From the human T2T-CHM13v2.0 reference genome, Homo sapiens: a stretch of DNA of 64,000 bases. Within the stretch, counting starts at the first letter, position 1, and each line of letters opens with the position of its first letter. Position numbers and translations under genes: made by a program. Where the stretch lies: the NCBI RefSeq assembly GCF_009914755.1, contig NC_060943.1; one strand, given 5' to 3'. This document shows, in pieces, positions 1-12,700 of this stretch. Below the pieces are notes generated by a model. That model did no database searches. It was given only the letters and a program-made list of their open reading frames with translations, and was not told where the DNA came from.

Positions 1-279
1 TGTGATGTGGGGATTCAACTCACAGGCTTGAAACTTTCTTTTGATAGAGCAGGGTTCAAACACACTTTTTGTAGAATCTGCAAGTGTTCATTTGGAGTGC
101 TTTCTTGCCCATGGTGGAAAAAGAAATATCTTCACGTAAAAACTAGACAGAAACATTCTCAGAAAATACTTTGTGATGTGGTTGTTCAATTCACAGGGTT
201 GAACCTTTCTTTAGATAAAGCAGTTTTGAAACACTGCTTTTGTAGAATCTTCTTGTGGATATTTGGAGCTGTTTGAGGA

Positions 280-296
280 ATTCGTTTTAAACGGGA
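280..296 (+). other. CENP-B box with all 9 core bases intact, in monomer m2; present in all 12 HOR copies
   Basis: ATTCGTTTTAAACGGGA matches NTTCGNNNNANNCGGGN. The same motif starts at 4540, 9995, 15450, 20905, 26360, 31815, 37270, 42725, 48181, 54832 and 60287. Binding is not shown by sequence alone. Confidence 0.8.
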
Positions 297-1473
297 TATC
301 TTCACATTCAAACTAGTCAGAAGCATTCTCAGAAACTGGTTTGTGATGTGTGCATTCTACTCACAGAGTTGAACCTTCCTTTTGAGAGAGCAGTTTTGAA
401 ACAATCTTTTTGTATTCTCTACAAGTGGATACTTGGAGCAATGGGAGGACTAAGATTGAAAAGGAAATATCTTCACGGCCAAACTTGACAGAAGCTTTCT
501 CAGAATCTGCTTTGTGATGTGTGCATTTACCTCACAGAGTGGAACCGTCCTTTTGATAGAGCAGTTCTGAAACAGTCTTTTTGTAGGATCTGCGAGTGTT
601 CATTTTGGAGCGCTTTTAAGCCTTTGGCGGAAAAGGAAATATCTTCACAAAAAAACTAGACAGAGGCATGCTCAGGAACTTCACTGAGATGTGTGCATTC
701 AAGTAACTGAGTTGAATCTGCCTTTTGATAGAGCAGAATTGAAACACTCCTTTTGTAGAATCTGCTTGTGGATATTTGGAACTCTTTCAGGAGTTCGTTG
801 GCAGCTGGTATCTTCACAAAAAAAGGAGACCCAAGGATTCTCAAAAAGTTCCTTGAGATGTGTGCCTTAAACTCACAGACTTCAAACTTTCTTTTGAGAG
901 ATCAGTGTTGGAACACGCTTTTTGTAGAATCTGCAAGTGTTCATTTAGTGCGCTTTGTTGCCTATGGTGGAAAAAGAAATATCTTCAAATGAAAACTAGA
1001 CAGAAACATTCTCAGAAACTCCTTTGTGAAGTGTGTGTCAAATTCACAGAATTGAAATATTCCTTTGATAGCGCAGCTTTGAAACACCGCTTTTATAGGA
1101 TCTGCTTGTGGATATCTGGAGCTCTTTGAGGAATTTGTTGTAAACGGGATATCTTCACATACAAAGTAGACAGAAGCATTCTCAGAAACTGCTTTGTGAT
1201 GTGTGCATTCCAATCACAGACTTCAACCTTTCTTTTGAAAGAGCAGTGTTCAAACACACATTTTGTAGGATGTGCAAGTGTTCACTTGGAGCGCTTTTTT
1301 GCCTATGGTGGAAAAAGAAATATCTTCACATAAATACTAGACAGAAGCATTCTCAGAAACGCCTTAGTGATGTGTTTGTTCTATTCAGAGAGTTGAACCT
1401 TTCTTTTGATAGAGCAGTTTTGATACACTGCTTCTGTAGAATCTGCTTGTGGATATTTGGAGCTCTTTGAGGA

Positions 1474-1490
1474 ATTCGTTGTAAACGGGA
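1474..1490 (+). other. CENP-B box with all 9 core bases intact, in monomer m9; present in copies 1-11
   Basis: ATTCGTTGTAAACGGGA matches NTTCGNNNNANNCGGGN. The same motif starts at 5734, 11189, 16644, 22099, 27554, 33009, 38464, 43919, 49375 and 56026. It is mutated to ATTCGTTGTAAAAGGGA at 61481. Confidence 0.85.
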
Positions 1491-4260
1491 TATCTTCACA
1501 TACAAACTAGACAGAAGCATTCTCAGAAACTGCTTTGTGGTGTGTGCATTCAACTCACAGAGTTGAACCTTCCTTCTGAGAGAGCAGTTTTTAAACAGTC
1601 TCTTTGAAATATCTGCAAGTGGATATTTGGAGCGATGGGAAGTCTAAGTTTGAAAAGGAAATATCCTCACATACAAACTAGACAGAAGCAATCTCATTAA
1701 CTGCTTTGCGATGTGTGCATTCAGCTCACAGAGTTGAACCTTCCTTTTGAGAGAGCAGTTTTGAAACAGTTTTTTGTAGTATCCTCAAGTGGATATATGG
1801 AGCGATGTGAGGCTTAAGATGGAAACGGGAATATCTTCACATGCAAACTAGAAAGAAGCATTCTCAGAAACTGCTTTGTGATGGGTGCATTCAACTCAGA
1901 GACTTGAACATTTCTTTAGACGGAGCAGTGTTGAAACACACATATGCAGAATCTGCAAGAGTTCATTTGGAGCGCTTTGATGCCTATGGTGGAAAAAGAA
2001 ATATCTTCACATAAAGACTAGAAAGAAGCGTTCTCCGAAACTCCTTTGTGATATATGTGTTCAGTTCACAGAGTTGAACCTTTCTTTTGATTGAGCAGTT
2101 TTGAAACACTGCTTTTCTAGAATCTCCTTTTGGATATTTGAAGCTCTTTGACGAATTCGCTGTCAATGTTATATCTTCACATACAAACTAGACAGAAGCA
2201 TTCTCAGAAACTGCTTTTTGATGTGTGCATTCAACACACGGAGTTGAACCTTCCTTCTGAGAACAGTTTTGAAGCAGTCTTTTTGTGGTATCTGCAAGTC
2301 GATATTTGGAACGATTTGGGACCTATGAGGGAAAAGGAACTATCTTCACATACAAGCTAGACAGAAGCATTCTCAGAAACTGCTTTGTGATGTCTGCATT
2401 CAACACACGGAGTTGAACCTTCCTTCTGAGAGAACGGTTTTCAAACAGTCTTTTTGTAGTATCTGCAAGTCGATATTTGGAACGATTTGAGGCCTATGAG
2501 GGAAAAGGAACTATCTTCACATACAAACTAGACAGAAGCATGCTCAGAAACTGCTGTGTGATGTGTGCATTCAACTCACAGAGTTGAACCTTCCTTTTGA
2601 GAGAGACGTTTTGAAACAGTCTTTTTGTAGTATGTACAGGTGGATATTTTTGGTGATTTGAGGTCTAAGATGGAAAAGGAAATACCTTCACCTACAAACT
2701 AGACAGAAGCATTCTCAGAAACTGCTTTGTGATGTGTGCATTAAACTTACAGACTTGAAACTTTATTTTGATAGAGCAGTGTTGAAACACACTTTTTATA
2801 GAATCTGCAAGTGTTCATTTGGAGAGCTTTGTTGCCTGTGGTGGAAAAAGGAATATGTTCACCTAGAAACTAGAAAGAAGCCTTCTCAGAAACTCCTTTG
2901 AGATGTTTGTGTCCAATTCACAAAGTTGAACCTTTCTTTTGATAGAGCAGATTTGAAACACTGCTTTTGTAGAATCTGCTTGCGGATATTTGGCGGTCTT
3001 TTAGGAATTGGGCGTATACGGGAGATCTTCACATACAAGTTACACAGAAGCATTCTCAGAAACTGCTTTGTGATGTGTGCATTCAACTCACAGAGTTGAA
3101 ACTTTCTTTTGAGAAAGCAGTTTTGAAACAGTCTTTTTGTAGTATCTGCAAGTGGATATTTGGAGCGATTTGAGGCCTATGATGAAAAAGGAAATATGTT
3201 CACATACAAACTAGACAGAAGCGTTCTGAGAAACTGCTTTGTGATGTGTGCATTCACCTCACAGAGTGGAACCTTTCTTTGGATAGAGCAGTTTTGAAAC
3301 AGTCTTTCTCTAGTATCTGCAAGTGTTCATTTTGAGCGCTTTGAGGCCCATGATGGAAAAGGAAATATTTTCACATAAAAACTAGACAGAAGCTTTCTCA
3401 GGAACTTCATTGAGATGTGTGCATTAAAGTAACTGAGTTGAATACGTCTTTTGATAGAGCAGTATTGAAACACTTCTTTTGTAGAATCTGCCTGTGGATA
3501 TCTGGAACTCTTTGAAGAATTCTTTGGAAACGGCTATCTTCACATAAAAAGTAGACCCAAGCATTCACAGAACGTTCTTTGTGACATGTACATTGGACTC
3601 CCAGACTTGAAACTTTCTTTTGATAGAGCAGTGTTGGAACACACTTTTTGTAGAATCTTCATGTGTTCGTTTGGAGTGCTCTGTTGCCTATGGTGGAAAA
3701 AGGAATATCTTCACCTAAAAACCAGACAGAAGCATTCTCAGAGACTGCTTTGTGATGTGTGTGTTCAATTCGCAGAGTTGAAAGTTGCTTTGGATAGAGC
3801 AGTTTTGAAACACTGCTTTTGTAGAATCTGCTTGTTGCTATTGGGGGCTCTTTGAGGAATTTGTTGTAAACGGGATATCTTCACATACAAAGTAGACAGA
3901 AGCATTCTCAGAAACTGCTCTGTGATGTGTGCATTCAACTCACAGAGTTGAACCTTCCTTTTGCGAGAGCTGTTTTGAAGCAGTCTTTTTGTGGTATCTG
4001 CAATTGGATATTTGGATCGATTTGAGGCCTAAGATGGAAAAGGAAATATCTTCACATACAAACTAGACAGAAGCATTCTCAGACACTGCGTTGTGATGTG
4101 TGCATTCAACTCACAGAGTTGAACCTTCCTTTTGAGAGCAGTTTTGAAACAGTCTTTTTGAAGTATCTGCAAGTGGATGTTTGGAGAGATTTGAGGCCTA
4201 AGATGGAAAAGGATATATCTTCACCTAAAAACTAGGCAGAAGCATTCTCAGAAACTGCTT

Positions 4261-7200
4261 TGTGATGTGGGGATTCAACTCACAGGCTTGAAACTTTCTT
4301 TTGATAGAGCAGGGTTCAAACACACTTTTTGTAGAATCTGCAAGTGTTCATTTGGAGTGCTTTCTTGCCCATGGTGGAAAAAGAAATATCTTCACGTAAA
4401 AACTAGACAGAAACATTCTCAGAAAATACTTTGTGATGTGGTTGTTCAATTCACAGGGTTGAACCTTTCTTTAGATAAAGCAGTTTTGAAACACTGCTTT
4501 TGTAGAATCTTCTTGTGGATATTTGGAGCTGTTTGAGGAATTCGTTTTAAACGGGATATCTTCACATTCAAACTAGTCAGAAGCATTCTCAGAAACTGGT
4601 TTGTGATGTGTGCATTCTACTCACAGAGTTGAACCTTCCTTTTGAGAGAGCAGTTTTGAAACAATCTTTTTGTATTCTCTACAAGTGGATACTTGGAGCA
4701 ATGGGAGGACTAAGATTGAAAAGGAAATATCTTCACGGCCAAACTTGACAGAAGCTTTCTCAGAATCTGCTTTGTGATGTGTGCATTTACCTCACAGAGT
4801 GGAACCGTCCTTTTGATAGAGCAGTTCTGAAACAGTCTTTTTGTAGGATCTGCGAGTGTTCATTTTGGAGCGCTTTTAAGCCTTTGGCGGAAAAGGAAAT
4901 ATCTTCACAAAAAAACTAGACAGAGGCATGCTCAGGAACTTCACTGAGATGTGTGCATTCAAGTAACTGAGTTGAATCTGCCTTTTGATAGAGCAGAATT
5001 GAAACACTCCTTTTGTAGAATCTGCTTGTGGATATTTGGAACTCTTTCAGGAGTTCGTTGGCAGCTGGTATCTTCACAAAAAAAGGAGACCCAAGGATTC
5101 TCAAAAAGTTCCTTGAGATGTGTGCCTTAAACTCACAGACTTCAAACTTTCTTTTGAGAGATCAGTGTTGGAACACGCTTTTTGTAGAATCTGCAAGTGT
5201 TCATTTAGTGCGCTTTGTTGCCTATGGTGGAAAAAGAAATATCTTCAAATGAAAACTAGACAGAAACATTCTCAGAAACTCCTTTGTGAAGTGTGTGTCA
5301 AATTCACAGAATTGAAATATTCCTTTGATAGCGCAGCTTTGAAACACCGCTTTTATAGGATCTGCTTGTGGATATCTGGAGCTCTTTGAGGAATTTGTTG
5401 TAAACGGGATATCTTCACATACAAAGTAGACAGAAGCATTCTCAGAAACTGCTTTGTGATGTGTGCATTCCAATCACAGACTTCAACCTTTCTTTTGAAA
5501 GAGCAGTGTTCAAACACACATTTTGTAGGATGTGCAAGTGTTCACTTGGAGCGCTTTTTTGCCTATGGTGGAAAAAGAAATATCTTCACATAAATACTAG
5601 ACAGAAGCATTCTCAGAAACGCCTTAGTGATGTGTTTGTTCTATTCAGAGAGTTGAACCTTTCTTTTGATAGAGCAGTTTTGATACACTGCTTCTGTAGA
5701 ATCTGCTTGTGGATATTTGGAGCTCTTTGAGGAATTCGTTGTAAACGGGATATCTTCACATACAAACTAGACAGAAGCATTCTCAGAAACTGCTTTGTGG
5801 TGTGTGCATTCAACTCACAGAGTTGAACCTTCCTTCTGAGAGAGCAGTTTTTAAACAGTCTCTTTGAAATATCTGCAAGTGGATATTTGGAGCGATGGGA
5901 AGTCTAAGTTTGAAAAGGAAATATCCTCACATACAAACTAGACAGAAGCAATCTCATTAACTGCTTTGCGATGTGTGCATTCAGCTCACAGAGTTGAACC
6001 TTCCTTTTGAGAGAGCAGTTTTGAAACAGTTTTTTGTAGTATCCTCAAGTGGATATATGGAGCGATGTGAGGCTTAAGATGGAAACGGGAATATCTTCAC
6101 ATGCAAACTAGAAAGAAGCATTCTCAGAAACTGCTTTGTGATGGGTGCATTCAACTCAGAGACTTGAACATTTCTTTAGACGGAGCAGTGTTGAAACACA
6201 CATATGCAGAATCTGCAAGAGTTCATTTGGAGCGCTTTGATGCCTATGGTGGAAAAAGAAATATCTTCACATAAAGACTAGAAAGAAGCGTTCTCCGAAA
6301 CTCCTTTGTGATATATGTGTTCAGTTCACAGAGTTGAACCTTTCTTTTGATTGAGCAGTTTTGAAACACTGCTTTTCTAGAATCTCCTTTTGGATATTTG
6401 AAGCTCTTTGACGAATTCGCTGTCAATGTTATATCTTCACATACAAACTAGACAGAAGCATTCTCAGAAACTGCTTTTTGATGTGTGCATTCAACACACG
6501 GAGTTGAACCTTCCTTCTGAGAACAGTTTTGAAGCAGTCTTTTTGTGGTATCTGCAAGTCGATATTTGGAACGATTTGGGACCTATGAGGGAAAAGGAAC
6601 TATCTTCACATACAAGCTAGACAGAAGCATTCTCAGAAACTGCTTTGTGATGTGTGCATTCAACACACGGAGTTGAACCTTCCTTCTGAGAGAACGGTTT
6701 TCAAACAGTCTTTTTGTAGTATCTGCAAGTCGATATTTGGAACGATTTGAGGCCTATGAGGGAAAAGGAACTATCTTCACATACAAACTAGACAGAAGCA
6801 TGTTCAGAAACTGCTGTGTGATGTGTGCATTCAACTCACAGAGTTGAACCTTCCTTTTGAGAGAGACGTTTTGAAACAGTCTTTTTGTAGTATGTACAGG
6901 TGGATATTTTTGGTGATTTGAGGTCTAAGATGGAAAAGGAAATACCTTCACCTACAAACTAGACAGAAGCATTCTCAGAAACTGCTTTGTGATGTGTGCA
7001 TTAAACTTACAGACTTGAAACCTTATTTTGATAGAGCAGTGTTGAAACACACTTTTTATAGAATCTGCAAGTGTTCATTTGGAGAGCTTTGTTGCCTGTG
7101 GTGGAAAAAGAAATGTGTTCACATACAAACTAGAAAGAAGCCTTCTCAGAAACTCCTTTGAGATGTTTGTGTCCAATTCACAAAGTTGAACCTTTCTTTT

Positions 7201-9715
7201 GATAGAGCAGATTTGAAACACTGCTTTTGTAGAATCTGCTTGCGTGTATTTGGAGGTCTTTGAGGAATTGGGCGTATACGGGATATCTTCACATACAAAT
7301 TACACAGAAGCATTCTCAGAAACTGCTCTGTGATGTGTGCATTCAACTAACAGAGTTGAAACTTTCTTTGGAGAAAGCAGTTCTGAAACAGTCTTTTTGT
7401 AGTATCTGCAAGTGGATACTTGGAGCGATTTGAGGCCTATGATGGAAAAGGAAATATGTTCACTTACAAACTAGACAGAAGCATTCTCAGAAACTGCTTT
7501 GTGATGTGTGTGTTCAATTCACAGGGTTGACTCTTTCTTTTGATTGAGCAGTTTTGAACCACCTGTTTTGTAGAATCTGCTTGTGGATATTTGTAGCTCT
7601 TGGAGGAATTCTTTGTAAAAGGGATATCTTCACATACACACTAGTCAGAAGCATTCTCAGAAACTTCTTTGTGATGTGTGAATTGAACTCACAGAGTTGA
7701 ACCTTCCTTTTGAGAGAGCCGTTTTGAAACAATCTTTTTGAAGTATCTTCAATTGGATGTTTGTAGTGATTTGAGGCCTAAGATGGAATAGGAAATATCT
7801 TCACATACAATCTAGACAGAAGCACTCTCAGAAGCTGCTTGGTGATGTCTGCATTCAACTCACAGACTTGAACCCTTGTTTTGAAAGAGCAGTGTTGAAA
7901 CACACATTTTGTACGATCTGCAAGTGTTCATTTGGAACGCTGTTGTGCCTATGGTGGATAAAGAAATATCTTCACATAAATACTAGAAAGTAGCATTCTC
8001 AGAAACTGCTTTGTGATGTGTGCATTCAACTCACAGAGTTGCACCTTCCTTTTGAGAGAGAGGTTTTGAAACAGTCTTTTTGTAGTATCTGCAAGTGGAT
8101 ATTTTTAGTGATTTGAGGTCTAAGATGGAAAAGGAAATACCTTCACCTACAAACTAGACAGAAGCATTCTCAGAAACTGCTTTGTGATGTGTGCATTAAA
8201 CTTACAGACTTGAAACTTTATTTTGATAGAGCAGTGTTGAAACACACTTTTTATAGAATCTGCAAGTGTTCATTTGGAGAGCTTTGTTGCCTGTGGTGGA
8301 AAAAGGAATATGTTCACCTAGAAACTAGAAAGAAGCCTTCTCAGAAACTCCTTTGAGATGTTTGTGTCCAATTCACAAAGTTGAACCTTTCTTTTGATAG
8401 AGCAGATTTGAAACACTGCTTTTGTAGAATCTGCTTGCGGATATTTGGCGGTCTTTTAGGAATTGGGCGTATACGGGAGATCTTCACATACAAGTTACAC
8501 AGAAGCATTCTCAGAAACTGCTTTGTGATGTGTGCATTCAACTCACAGAGTTGAAACTTTCTTTTGAGAAAGCAGTTTTGAAACAGTCTTTTTGTAGTAT
8601 CTGCAAGTGGATATTTGGAGCGATTTGAGGCCTATGATGGAAAAGGAAATATGTTCACATACAAACTAGACAGAAGCGTTCTGAGAAACTGCTTTGTGAT
8701 GTGTGCATTCACCTCACAGAGTGGAACCTTTCTTTGGATAGAGCAGTTTTGAAACAGTCTTTCTCTAGTATCTGCAAGTGTTCATTTTGAGCGCTTTGAG
8801 GCCCATGATGGAAAAGGAAATATTTTCACATAAAAACTAGACAGAAGCTTTCTCAGGAACTTCATTGAGATGTGTGCATTAAAGTAACTGAGTTGAATAC
8901 GTCTTTTGATAGAGCAGTATTGAAACACTTCTTTTGTAGAATCTGCCTGTGGATATCTGGAACTCTTTGAAGAATTCTTTGGAAACGGCTATCTTCACAT
9001 AAAAAGTAGACCCAAGCATTCACAGAACGTTCTTTGTGACATGTACATTGGACTCCCAGACTTGAAACTTTCTTTTGATAGAGCAGTGTTGGAACACACT
9101 TTTTGTAGAATCTTCATGTGTTCGTTTGGAGTGCTCTGTTGCCTATGGTGGAAAAAGGAATATCTTCACCTAAAAACCAGACAGAAGCATTCTCAGAGAC
9201 TGCTTTGTGATGTGTGTGTTCAATTCGCAGAGTTGAAAGTTGCTTTGGATAGAGCAGTTTTGAAACACTGCTTTTGTAGAATCTGCTTGTTGCTATTGGG
9301 GGCTCTTTGAGGAATTTGTTGTAAACGGGATATCTTCACATACAAAGTAGACAGAAGCATTCTCAGAAACTGCTCTGTGATGTGTGCATTCAACTCACAG
9401 AGTTGAACCTTCCTTTTGCGAGAGCTGTTTTGAAGCAGTCTTTTTGTGGTATCTGCAATTGGATATTTGGATCGATTTGAGGCCTAAGATGGAAAAGGAA
9501 ATATCTTCACATACAAACTAGACAGAAGCATTCTCAGACACTGCGTTGTGATGTGTGCATTCAACTCACAGAGTTGAACCTTCCTTTTGAGAGCAGTTTT
9601 GAAACAGTCTTTTTGAAGTATCTGCAAGTGGATGTTTGGAGAGATTTGAGGCCTAAGATGGAAAAGGATATATCTTCACCTAAAAACTAGGCAGAAGCAT
9701 TCTCAGAAACTGCTT
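4261..9715 (+). repeat. HOR copy 2: canonical 32-mer, 5455 bp
   Basis: Anchor spacing 4267 to 9722 = 5455 = 32 x 170.5. Confidence 0.97.
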
Positions 9716-12700
9716 TGTGATGTGGGGATTCAACTCACAGGCTTGAAACTTTCTTTTGATAGAGCAGGGTTCAAACACACTTTTTGTAGAATCTGCAAGT
9801 GTTCATTTGGAGTGCTTTCTTGCCCATGGTGGAAAAAGAAATATCTTCACGTAAAAACTAGACAGAAACATTCTCAGAAAATACTTTGTGATGTGGTTGT
9901 TCAATTCACAGGGTTGAACCTTTCTTTAGATAAAGCAGTTTTGAAACACTGCTTTTGTAGAATCTTCTTGTGGATATTTGGAGCTGTTTGAGGAATTCGT
10001 TTTAAACGGGATATCTTCACATTCAAACTAGTCAGAAGCATTCTCAGAAACTGGTTTGTGATGTGTGCATTCTACTCACAGAGTTGAACCTTCCTTTTGA
10101 GAGAGCAGTTTTGAAACAATCTTTTTGTATTCTCTACAAGTGGATACTTGGAGCAATGGGAGGACTAAGATTGAAAAGGAAATATCTTCACGGCCAAACT
10201 TGACAGAAGCTTTCTCAGAATCTGCTTTGTGATGTGTGCATTTACCTCACAGAGTGGAACCGTCCTTTTGATAGAGCAGTTCTGAAACAGTCTTTTTGTA
10301 GGATCTGCGAGTGTTCATTTTGGAGCGCTTTTAAGCCTTTGGCGGAAAAGGAAATATCTTCACAAAAAAACTAGACAGAGGCATGCTCAGGAACTTCACT
10401 GAGATGTGTGCATTCAAGTAACTGAGTTGAATCTGCCTTTTGATAGAGCAGAATTGAAACACTCCTTTTGTAGAATCTGCTTGTGGATATTTGGAACTCT
10501 TTCAGGAGTTCGTTGGCAGCTGGTATCTTCACAAAAAAAGGAGACCCAAGGATTCTCAAAAAGTTCCTTGAGATGTGTGCCTTAAACTCACAGACTTCAA
10601 ACTTTCTTTTGAGAGATCAGTGTTGGAACACGCTTTTTGTAGAATCTGCAAGTGTTCATTTAGTGCGCTTTGTTGCCTATGGTGGAAAAAGAAATATCTT
10701 CAAATGAAAACTAGACAGAAACATTCTCAGAAACTCCTTTGTGAAGTGTGTGTCAAATTCACAGAATTGAAATATTCCTTTGATAGCGCAGCTTTGAAAC
10801 ACCGCTTTTATAGGATCTGCTTGTGGATATCTGGAGCTCTTTGAGGAATTTGTTGTAAACGGGATATCTTCACATACAAAGTAGACAGAAGCATTCTCAG
10901 AAACTGCTTTGTGATGTGTGCATTCCAATCACAGACTTCAACCTTTCTTTTGAAAGAGCAGTGTTCAAACACACATTTTGTAGGATGTGCAAGTGTTCAC
11001 TTGGAGCGCTTTTTTGCCTATGGTGGAAAAAGAAATATCTTCACATAAATACTAGACAGAAGCATTCTCAGAAACGCCTTAGTGATGTGTTTGTTCTATT
11101 CAGAGAGTTGAACCTTTCTTTTGATAGAGCAGTTTTGATACACTGCTTCTGTAGAATCTGCTTGTGGATATTTGGAGCTCTTTGAGGAATTCGTTGTAAA
11201 CGGGATATCTTCACATACAAACTAGACAGAAGCATTCTCAGAAACTGCTTTGTGGTGTGTGCATTCAACTCACAGAGTTGAACCTTCCTTCTGAGAGAGC
11301 AGTTTTTAAACAGTCTCTTTGAAATATCTGCAAGTGGATATTTGGAGCGATGGGAAGTCTAAGTTTGAAAAGGAAATATCCTCACATACAAACTAGACAG
11401 AAGCAATCTCATTAACTGCTTTGCGATGTGTGCATTCAGCTCACAGAGTTGAACCTTCCTTTTGAGAGAGCAGTTTTGAAACAGTTTTTTGTAGTATCCT
11501 CAAGTGGATATATGGAGCGATGTGAGGCTTAAGATGGAAACGGGAATATCTTCACATGCAAACTAGAAAGAAGCATTCTCAGAAACTGCTTTGTGATGGG
11601 TGCATTCAACTCAGAGACTTGAACATTTCTTTAGACGGAGCAGTGTTGAAACACACATATGCAGAATCTGCAAGAGTTCATTTGGAGCGCTTTGATGCCT
11701 ATGGTGGAAAAAGAAATATCTTCACATAAAGACTAGAAAGAAGCGTTCTCCGAAACTCCTTTGTGATATATGTGTTCAGTTCACAGAGTTGAACCTTTCT
11801 TTTGATTGAGCAGTTTTGAAACACTGCTTTTCTAGAATCTGCTTTTGGATATTTGAAGCTCTTTGACGAATTCGCTGTCAATGTTATATCTTCACATACA
11901 AACTAGACAGAAGCATTCTCAGAAACTGCTTTTTGATGTGTGCATTCAACACACGGAGTTGAACCTTCCTTCTGAGAACAGTTTTGAAGCAGTCTTTTTG
12001 TGGTATCTGCAAGTCGATATTTGGAACGATTTGGGACCTATGAGGGAAAAGGAACTATCTTCACATACAAGCTAGACAGAAGCATTCTCAGAAACTGCTT
12101 TGTGATGTGTGCATTCAACACACGGAGTTGAACCTTCCTTCTGAGAGAACGGTTTTCAAACAGTCTTTTTGTAGTATCTGCAAGTCGATATTTGGAACGA
12201 TTTGAGGCCTATGAGGGAAAAGGAACTATCTTCACATACAAACTAGACAGAAGCATGCTCAGAAACTGCTGTGTGATGTGTGCATTCAACTCACAGAGTT
12301 GAACCTTCCTTTTGAGAGAGACGTTTTGAAACAGTCTTTTTGTAGTATGTACAGGTGGATATTTTTGGTGATTTGAGGTCTAAGATGGAAAAGGAAATAC
12401 CTTCACCTACAAACTAGACAGAAGCATTCTCAGAAACTGCTTTGTGATGTGTGCATTAAACTTACAGACTTGAAACCTTATTTTGATAGAGCAGTGTTGA
12501 AACACACTTTTTATAGAATCTGCAAGTGTTCATTTGGAGAGCTTTGTTGCCTGTGGTGGAAAAAGAAATGTGTTCACATACAAACTAGAAAGAAGCCTTC
12601 TCAGAAACTCCTTTGAGATGTTTGTGTCCAATTCACAAAGTTGAACCTTTCTTTTGATAGAGCAGATTTGAAACACTGCTTTTGTAGAATCTGCTTGCGT

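Larger units (their letters stand above)
1..4260 (+). repeat. HOR copy 1: 25-mer deletion variant, 4260 bp (m1-16 joined to m24-32)
   Basis: Anchor ORF at 7 and 4267 gives a spacing of 4260; 25 monomer starts counted. It lacks 1195 bp (7 monomers) present in the 32-mer. Confidence 0.95.

Noticed and set aside
646-826. A7 runs at the ends of m4 and m5
   Set aside because: These are short homopolymer variants of the consensus CACATAAAAACT, fixed in every copy; they are not retrotransposon tails or terminators.
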